Assembly: GCF_009914755.1 (NCBI RefSeq)
Contig: NC_060938.1
Length of the DNA: 64,000 bases
DNA from: the human T2T-CHM13v2.0 reference genome, Homo sapiens
Direction: 5' to 3' (one strand)
The notes beneath the pieces were generated by a model. It was not told the DNA's origin and ran no database searches. It saw only the letters and a list, made by a program, of their open reading frames with translations. Positions 52,249 to 64,000 of this stretch are shown piece after piece; the stretch's first letter is position 1; every line of letters starts with the position of its first letter. Both the position numbers and the translations under genes were made by a program.

Positions 52249-53509
52249 TGCATTCTTTTCCCTGCTGACTGACACTTGCAGGCATCGGTTGTCTTTGGGC
52301 ATCACCTAGCAGCCACTGTTATTGAAAGTCGAGGTGACACGGGGAGAGGTCTGGCCGACTTCACCGAACCTGGGGCAACCGGTTTCTGTCTCTCCCTTCT
52401 GGAGACCCCTCCCTCTCTCCCTCGTTGCCTAGGGAACCTCCGCCCTGCAGGGGGCCCTATTGTTCTTTGATCAGCGCTTTAGTTTTCTTTCTGTTTTGGT
52501 TTCTTTCATGCGCATAGACTCTTCTACTTGGGTTTTAGGAGGGGTCAGTTTAATTTTCAAGTCCCGCCCCGGCTCCCCCCACTACCCACGTCCCTTTACC
52601 TTCATTTAGTGAGTCAGTTAGGTGGGTTCCACCCAAACTCCCCACCCCCCGCCTCCCAACACCCTGCTTGGAAACCTTCCGGAGCCACCCCGGTGTGCCT
52701 CCGTCTTCTCTCCCCTTCCCCCACCCCTTGCCGGCGATCTCATTCTTGCCAGGCTGACATTTGCATCGGTGGGCTTCAGGCCTCACTCAGTGGCCACCGT
52801 TTTTGAAGATGGGGGTGGCCCGGTCCCACTTCCCCAGAGGCAGCTTGGGCCGATGGCATAGCCCTTGACCCGCCTGGGTAAGCGGGCGTGTCTTCAGTTG
52901 TGGGTTTTTTCCCATGCTTCCCTCTTCAGGCCTCCCTCCCTAGGAAAGCTTCACCCTGGCTGGGTCTCTATCACCTTTTATCATGATGTTTTAGTTTCTC
53001 CGCCCTCGGGCCAGCATAGTTTCACAGTGGGAATGACGTCACAGCTCTAGTCTGGGCCTTATTAGTATTTGCCCAAAATAGAAATGCTTTCTGAAAACTA
53101 ATACTTTGCTCACTTAAGATTTCCAGGGACAGTGCCTTGGCCTGTGTTTGTTGGCTTGTTTTGTTTTGTTCGTGTTTTTCGTTTTTCTTATGTATTTCTT
53201 TTTAGATGAAATAGAAATCCCCAGTTTTCAGGAAGACGTATATTTTCCCCAAGACATGTTAGCTGCGGTTTTCACCTGTTGTTAACTAACGATTTTGTGA
53301 ATCTCTGAACGTATAGTGAGAGCCGGTTGATGTTTACTAGACTTCAGAACATCTTATGTTCTAGAAATCCGTAAGCGATTGCTGCTGCTGCTCTTGCTGC
53401 TGCTGCTGCTCTTGCTGCTGTTGTTGTTGTTGTTTTCAAAGCACACCCCGGCCACCGTTTATGGGATCAAAAGCCTTATAAAATATGTGTAATTATTTCC
53501 TGAGCATGC

Positions 53510-54556
53510 CCTTCCTCCTCCTCTCTCTGTCTCTCTCTCTTTATCCGTTTTCTCTCTTTCTCTGTCTCTCTCTCTTTGCCTGTCTATTTCTCTCTCTCTG
53601 TCTCTCTGCCTGCCTCTCTCACTGTGTCTGTCTTCTCTCTTACTCCCTTTCTCTGTCTGTCTGTCTCTCTCTCTCTCTCCCTGTCTGTTTCTCTCTGTCT
53701 CTGTCTCTTTCTCTGTCTCTTTTTCTGTTTCTCTCTGTCCATCTCTGTCTTTCTCTGTCTGTCTCTCTGTCTGTCTCTCTCTTTCTTTCTCTGTCTCTCT
53801 GTCTCTGTGTGTCTCTCTCTCTGCCTGTCTCTCTCACTGTGTCTGTCTTCTGTCTTACTCTTTCTCTGCCGGTCTGTCTCTCTCTCTCTTTCTCTCTCTC
53901 TCTGTCTCTCTCTATTTGTTTCTCTCTGTCTCTCTCTGTCCGTCTCTGTCTTTCTCTGTCTGTCTCTTTGTCTGTCTGTCTCCCTCTTTCTCTGTCTCGC
54001 TGTCTCTGTCTCTCTCTCTGCCTGTCTGTCTGCCTGTAGGTCTCTCTCTCTTTCCCTGTCTGTCTGTTTTTTTCTCTCTCTCTCTTTGCCTGTCTGTTTC
54101 TCTGTCTCTGTCTCTCTGTCTGTCACTCTCCGCCTGTCTCTCTCTGTGTCTGTCTTCTGTCTTACTGTCTTTCTCTGCCTGTCTGTCTGTCTCTCTCTCT
54201 CCTTGCCTGTTTCTCTCTCTCTCTGTCTCTGTTTCTCTCTGTCTCCCTCTGTCTGTCTCTGTCTTTCTCTCTCTGTCTCTTTCTCTCTGTCTGTCTCTCT
54301 CTTTCTTTCTCTTTGTCTGTCCATCTGTCTCTGTCTCTGTGTGTGTGTGTGTTTCTGCCTTCTGTCTTACTCTCTTTCTCTGACTGTCTGCCTGCCTGTC
54401 TGTCTGTCTCTCTCTCTTTCTGTCTCTGTCTCTTTCTGTTTCTCTCTGTCTCTGTCCATCTCTGTCTTTCTCTGTCTGTGTCTTTATCTGTCTGTCTCTC
54501 TCTTTCTGTCTTTCTCTCTTTGTGTATCTTTGTGTCTCTCTGTCTGTCTCTCTCTG

Positions 54557-54598
<42 letters not shown>

Positions 54599-54640
54599 CC
54601 GCTCTCTGGCTCTCGCTATCTCCCGCCCTCTCTTTCTTTG
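53510..54640 (+). repeat. Pyrimidine-rich (CT/CTGT)n array 2
   Basis: Same composition and sub-motifs as array 1. Confidence 0.95.
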
Positions 54641-55932
54641 CAAAATATGTTCAAGTACATCTAATCTAGTCCATTACCACGACCTGAATTCTTAACTTTA
54701 GACATCCCAGATTTGATCTCCCTACAGAGTGCTGTACAGAACTGGCGAGTTGATTTCTGGACTTGGATACCTCATAGATACTACATATTAATAAAGATCC
54801 AACCATAAAATCTGGCGTTGCGTCTCCCTCGACTGTCTCAAAAAATCATACCTCTGTTCACCTAGGATACTGGGAGGGTTTTCTTAATGTGCATCTGCTC
54901 GTGTTCTACATGAACTGTGACCGAGCCCTGTCCGTTTTGTCTCAAATATGTATCTGCAAACACGTCTCTCCATTTCCACAACTACCCATGGCCCCTTGTG
55001 GAACCACTGGCTCTTTGAAAAAAAAATCCCAGAAGTGGCTTTGACTTTTTGTCTAGGAGGCCTAAACCTGCTGAGAACTTTCCTGCCCAGGATTCTGTGT
55101 GAACAAAAGTGCCTCTGCTGGGAGCTGGGATCCTCGGGACCATGCTTGCTATCGTTGGATGAGTCTCTGGAAGGACGCATGGGACTCTGCAAAGCTGACC
55201 TGTCCCACCGAGGTCAAATGGATACCTCTGCATTGGCCCGAGGCCTCCAACTTACATCACCGTCACCAACCGTCACCGTCAGCATCCTTGTGAGCCTGCC
55301 CAAGGCCCCGACTCCAGGGAGACTCTTGGGAGCCCGGCCTTCGTAGGCTAAAGTAGAAAGGGATTGCGACTTCCACCCACAAGGTCCCCACTGAACTGCG
55401 AAGATGTGGAGCATAGGTCAGAGAGGGGACCAGGAGGTGAGATGTCCTGACAGGCGATGAGTTAACTAGGCTCTGGCCACCCCACTCACGTCCCACGTCC
55501 CTGGAACCCTCGGAACACTGCCGCTTTATCCCCTCCTCTGTCTAGAGCCGCTCCCACCCCACCCCGCAACCCACGCATACACACTGGAGGTTACAAAACC
55601 ACAGGGCGTGAATAGAGCCTGACGGAGCAAGAGCTCTTTTCATGAGGCGGGGTGGGTGGGGTGGGGTGAGGGTTGGGGTGTCTGTAGAGAGCCCGATTCT
55701 CCCTCGTGGGTGGCTACAGGACACAAATGAATATCGCTTCTTGGGCGGAGGGGCTTCCTTAGGCCGTCACGTTTGCGGGACTATCTCTCAAACCCTTCCT
55801 TGAGGCCACAAAATAGATTCCACCCCACCCCTCGACGTTTGCCTGGGTGCTGGATGTATCCTGTCAAGAGACCTGAGCCTGACACGTTGAGTGAAATACC
55901 TTTATTGGCTTTGTGTGTTTGTTTGTTTCTGA

Positions 55933-56055
<123 letters not shown>

Positions 56056-56815
56056 TAAATTTTTAGTACACACGGGGTTTGACCCTGTTTCATTGGTTTT
56101 CACTGGAGATTCCAGATTCGAGTCACACCTCATTGTGTGCCACATAATGACTTCTTTTTTTTTCTTTCTTATTTTTTTTAAAGCTCAATATATCTGCTTT
56201 ATTTGAGTGGCTTTATATATGGTTATAATTGTGTTATAGATGAAGAAAAGGTATTAAACACGGTGCTAATGATAGTGAAAGTGAAAACAAAAGAAAGGCT
56301 ATCTATTTTGTAGTTAGAATAAAGTTGCTCAGTATTTAGAGTTACCTAAATATGTCAGCATTTAAACTCCTCCTAGTAAAAGTTGGCCAATCTGAATAAT
56401 CCTCCTTTAAACACAATTTTTGATATGGTTAAGGTTTTTAAGAATGCGACTCCTGCAGAATAGCTGAACAGACAATACACTTTTAAAAAAGAACAACACA
56501 CGGTTCAACCAGACTTGGGAAAAAAGCAAAAACAACACAAGTCTTATGAAGAACTGAGTTCTTAAAGTATTATGGAGAACATAGCTATCGGAAGAGAAGG
56601 CAGTCTTGGTAAGTTGATTGTTACATTTGTCAGCAAAACTAGCACTATTTTTTTGGCAATCTTTCAGACACTGCAACTACTACCGCAATATGAGATATAA
56701 TCCATTAAACAATATAGTCACAAATCAAAAAATGTTTTAGTAATGTAATGCTTCAGATTTAGAAGCAAATCAAGTGTTAAAACTCGACTGCTATAAAAAT
56801 TACCCCCAAAGATAA

Positions 56816-57196
<381 letters not shown>

Positions 57197-59834
57197 TTCT
57201 CTTGATATTTAAACTTTTAAGTCAGTCCAGAAAAATACAATAAATGTCAACAGTAATTATGGTGTTGAGGCAGATGTAGGACCAAACTTTTTCGTATGTT
57301 ATTCAGTTGATAACAATATGACCTGGATAGTAATTTCCTATGTATCTACTTATACAGAAGTAAAAAAAGGAAAACAGAGATACTGCTAAATAAAAGGGTA
57401 TACTAAGTTCTTAATAGTAACTCAATAAACTGGAACACTTTCAAAAAGCAGCAACTAGTGAATTTTTTCAGTGTTTTTTTCTATTATCCAATAAGTGAAT
57501 TATGCTATTCCTTTCCAATTTCCCAAGCACTTTTTGTCCCAATCACCATTTCTCTGTTCGAAGAAAAAGTAACAAATCAAGTAACAAAACTAAACAAGCA
57601 TACAAACAAATAAAACACAATTACAGTATCTGCAAAAGTTTGGTAGAAGACTGAAACTGTTCAGTATAAGGATCTGGTATTCTATTATCATTAGTTAACT
57701 GAAGATTTTGTTAAAGACATACATTTCCTAAGAAAACATGTTAGTTTGAAGTTATTGACCAGTATGTACCATCCCTAAATATTAGTAACCAAATTCATGA
57801 CAATAAAAGAGCTATCTAACAAGAAAAATTAGTGACTACCAGCACCATCTACAAGACTTTGTCTTTACACTTCATTACCACTTACCGTGCATTACAATGT
57901 CTAGGATTGACTTTGATAGCATTTCAAAAACAAGCTAATGCTTTGTCCAATTCTTCAGTTAAGACAAACTCTCGCCCTAATAGAGTATAGGCATAAGCAT
58001 AATTTGGATCCACCTGGATAGCTCTCTGGAAGAATTTAATTGCAATATCGTGTTCCCATTGCAGACTGAAACAGTTCCCTGCAGCACACCAGGGCTCTGG
58101 AGGATTTTTATCCATGTCTGTTAAGTCTTTTGACAGAACTGAAAGAGCACCATCTTTTTGAAGATGCCAAAATGTTGTAGAGTAGATTTCCATGCCTTCG
58201 ACTCTATAATTCTCCATCCTTCAAACCTCTGAGAATATTCTTTCAGCTTGCATGTACTCTGGAAGTTCAAAATAGACCCTTCCAATTTGGCACAGTACCC
58301 AACCAGTATTGTAGTGGTGAGAAGGTAGATGGCTCAAAATATTTATAGCTTCTTTGCAGTGGCATGAACACAAAGCTAAATAACCTTTTCCCCTTTCACG
58401 AAGAAGGCTCATCAAGCCTTCTGCTGCTGCTTTTTATGATTAAAAGCCTGAATCTGAGGTGTGATTGTGGATATTTTCTCTTGTGAAATGATGAAAGAGT
58501 CCAATTTTGTAATTTCCAGGCTATCATTTATGTTAGGTTGAGTTATTCCTCCTTTATTAGTTTTACTTTTTGTTTTCCTGTTTGGGATTTTAGGTGGAAA
58601 CTTCATTTTTAATTTCTTCCTATTCTCCCTGGTTGTGGAACTGTCACTGGTAAAGAGTCGTGAACTTCTTCAATGCAGCACATTTGGGGGAGATGCCATA
58701 GTGGGGCTCAATACCTGAGGTGATGTACTTATTTGTGGACGAGAACTTTGTGTTTGTGCAAGAATTGGAGTTACCTCTCGGCTATTTCCACTCTGTGAGA
58801 AGACAGACTTTGCTCCAGTTTGGCCGATTCTAGCAACAGACTTTTTTGAAGGGGATCCGGTGGATGGCACATCAATTTCAGAAGGTGTATTAGTGTAGTT
58901 TTGTAAATAGGATCCATCTCCAGGACTTGGGGTTTCTAATGGCAAAATCCCAAAACTTGGGGTTAATGGACTAAGAGCTGCTAGTTCTCCTAATAAACTT
59001 CGACCAGTTTTTGGTTTATTTTGAACCTGTTTAGAAAATATGGAAGTTCCTGTTCCCAGTGGGAGAGTGTCAGGTGAAATTACAGCTGAATCAATAGAAG
59101 ACACTTGGGAATCTGTATTCAAGGAGTACTTTGAATTGGAAGATTCTAAATTCAATCTGTTTAATTCAGTTGTGTCCTGTGGTGTTTCCGTGAGAACAGT
59201 CTCAGGCTGTCTGTGACATAAACTATGATTAGGTATTTGTGCTGTGCAAGAGTTGGGCAGACAGTTGCTAAAGTTCTGTGAAGTTGTGAATTTAAATGTT
59301 TGGGGGCAGGATCTGGCTTTTCACCTATTTCACATAATGATTCGAAGGGATACCAGAGGAAAGGATTTCAACTAAGGCTCTTTTGGTAACATTCTGATCC
59401 TTTGGCAAGCCAATCTGTCTTGCAATATACATGTCCCAACAATGGAAGGGGAAAGCAAGCTCAATCACCAAACTCAGTAACAATATCATCATGGCTTTTC
59501 TGCTTATGAAACACTCCACCAGATAAGATTTGTTCCCCTTCTGCAAGCTTGCTAAGATCAACACAACATTTTGCAAGCAGGTATTTGCATTGCGGTGTAG
59601 GACAACTGTGTCCTTCCAAGAGTCTATATGCTTTATAGGCCTTTTCTGGGCGGTAAGAACAGGTCGCCTGTAAAAACAAGGCTTCTTCTGAGTGTACTTC
59701 TGCATAAAGGCATTCTGCGAGGAAAACCCCATCTCGGTAAGCATAGTGGTTTAGTGCTTGCCATATAGCAGCCTGGACGGGTTCCTGCAGCACCGTCATC
59801 CTCGAGGCTCAGACCCACTTTCTGCAGTGCCTCA

Positions 59835-61119
<1,285 letters not shown>

Positions 61120-61687
61120 AAACTCACCAGTTACCAGGGGATGGGGGAGGCTGAGCCAGAATGACTTCTTTAGCCTGCCGACTCTGGAAAGCCCAACCCC
61201 TTGTGATCCATGGCAAAGTGAGAGTCACCTCATGTTTGGAAAACAGATCCACTCTTAAGTTCAGTGGAGGGATGTGGCATATAGGACGAAGGACTCTCTT
61301 CATTCTGATTCGGTCTGCACAGTGGGTCCTAAGGCTGGAGCTCTCTCTGTGTGGACTGCTGACTCCCTCTACCTTGGGTTCCATCGGCCCCACCCTGGGA
61401 CACTTGCCTTGGCAGATTCTGGCCCTTCTGGCCCTTAAGTCGCTGTCAGAAACCTCATCTCGTGCTCGGATGCCCCGAATGACTGTGGCTCGCGCATCTC
61501 TGGAAACATTGGAAATCTCTCCTCTACGCACGGCCACCTAAAACCACAGGAGCTCGGGACACATGGCTGCCATCCACCTCACTGCTTTCGGGAGAGAATG
61601 CTGAGAGTCTCTTACAAACTCTCTCTTGACTTGAGTTCTTCATGGGTGTGTGGTTAAGACATAGTGAGACCAGATGTATTAACTCAG

Positions 61688-62744
<1,057 letters not shown>

Positions 62745-62767
62745 CCTCCCCTTCATCCCCCAGCTTA

Positions 62768-64000
62768 TCCCTCAGGTGCCCGAGGTCGAGCGGTGGTGTG
62801 TGGTTCCCACCCTCAGCGCCCCCTCCTCCGGTCACCGCCGCGATGTCCACGAGTGGGTCCTGAGGGAGCTCGTTGGTGTAGGGGTTGAGGCGGTTGAGTG
62901 AGACGCGCTCCTCCCACGCGGGGAAGAGTGCTGCCTGATCTGGCGAGCGCAGGGCCCGTGCTCCTCTCTGGCGGGTGCGCGCGGGCCGTGTGAGCTATTG
63001 CGGTGGGCTGGGTCAGATGACGCGTGCGCCGTCCGGCAGCCGAGGGGCTACCGTTCTGCCTCCGACAGGTTGTGTGTGGGTTTACTTGGAGGTGCTTTGC
63101 CTGGGAGAAAGGAGGCTGGTCGACGGGGGGGCCCTTGTGGGATTGCGCACACGTGCAGCGGCCAGGCCCCCTGCCCAGACCGCGAAGGCTCAAGGTTGCC
63201 GCACGCAGATTTTTCCTGGTACCGCAGGCCCCCTCCCTTCCCCAGGCGTCCCTGCGCGCCTCTGCGGGCCCGACGAGGGGCGACTGGCATGTGGGAACTG
63301 TGACTCACCCTCAGTGAGAAAGCCTTCTCTAGCGATCTGAGAGGTGTGCCTTTGGGGTACCGGATCCCCCGGCCTGCCGCCTCTCTCTGCGTTATGGTAG
63401 CGCTGCCGTGGCGACTGGCTTGCAGAGGACCCTCCTCCACTGCCCCCTTGATGGGGTGAGGGGGGGAGAGCAAGGGTTCCGCCAGCCTCCACGGTGGGGA
63501 CCCAGGGAAGCTCGTCGCCTACTGTGTGGCCCGCGCCTCCCCCTTCCGAGTCGGGGGAGGATCCCGCCGGGCCGGGCCGGGCCGGCGTCCTAGCATTTGG
63601 GAGGCTGCGTGAGCGGTGGCTGTGCCTGGCGTTCAGTCCAGCTTGTGACCCATTCCGCTGTGAGCCGGCTCTCTGCCCGCTCCCCTGCAGAGCAGCGACC
63701 GGTGCCGACGACCGCGTTTGCGTGGCACGAGGTTGGGCCACCTGGCCCTGGGAAGCATCCCAAGTGGGGGGCATGTCGGTCTCCTGGAGCTTGACCGGGT
63801 TGGAGGATGGATGAGAAACGAGCAACGTGGCCCTGGCGTTGGGTTTGTGGCTGAGGTCGCCTCGGGGTCCTGATGGCGGGACCCGGGGCTCATGAGGCGG
63901 GTCTTGGTGGGTGCCGAGGGCCATCCGGCATCCTAGGCGGGTCACTGCGGGACCTCCCTCGTGTCTGTGGTGGTGGGATCCCGTGGCCGTGTTTTCCTGG
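62768..64000 (+). pseudogene. Degenerate 45S pre-rRNA 5'ETS (internal part), promoterless
   Basis: ccctcaggtgcccgagg...gtgggtcctgagggagctcgt...gagaaagccttctctagcgatctgagagg...gtaccggatccccc matches human 5'ETS with many CpG>TpG/CpA changes. Confidence 0.9.
63910..64000 (+). ncRNA. MIR663-family hairpin homolog (5'ETS-derived), cut by the window end
   Basis: ggtgccgagggccatccggcatcctaggcgggtc...gtgggatcccgtggccgtgttttcctgg resembles the remembered MIR663B precursor; expression not shown. Confidence 0.6.

Noticed and set aside
49762-54669. Long ORFs (up to 384 aa) of S/L/C/V or R/E/D/T
   Set aside because: Artefacts of stop-poor CT/GA microsatellite arrays.
55648-55680. G-quadruplex motifs here and at ~48288-48318
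   Set aside because: Ordinary IGS G-runs with nothing copy-specific to support a function.
62768-64000. Mature rRNA gene or coding ORFs in the GC-rich end
   Set aside because: Only 5'ETS is present, 18S lies beyond the window, and the ORFs reflect high GC content.

Overview
Primate (human/great-ape-like) repeat-rich heterochromatic segmental-duplication sequence of the pericentromeric/acrocentric type. I find no intact protein-coding gene. 1-31.7 kb is nested retroelements (L1, Alu, MaLR LTRs, MIR), including a near full-length L1PA4-6-type L1, a short beta-satellite island and a 32-34 bp minisatellite. 31.8-41 kb holds a GC-rich 5S-rDNA-spacer/SST1-like relic fused to two degenerate D4Z4-like units (DUX4-like pseudogenes, minus strand), split by a 5'-inverted PCMTD1 retrocopy. 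A Tigger1 carrying an Alu and a solo HERV-K LTR5 follows. From about 44.3 kb to the end is a decayed 45S rDNA unit: an intergenic spacer with apparently one long-repeat copy, CT arrays, Alus and the CDC27 retrocopy (derived from an intron-polyadenylated transcript and hit by an inverted L1). The spacer joins directly to internal 5'ETS with the Pol I promoter missing, and ends in a MIR663-like hairpin. I see no evidence of a new functional system; the interest lies in junction mechanics and in what looks like a fossil, ancestral-type rDNA spacer. Comparisons with reference rDNA, D4Z4 and 5S sequences are from memory and need alignment.
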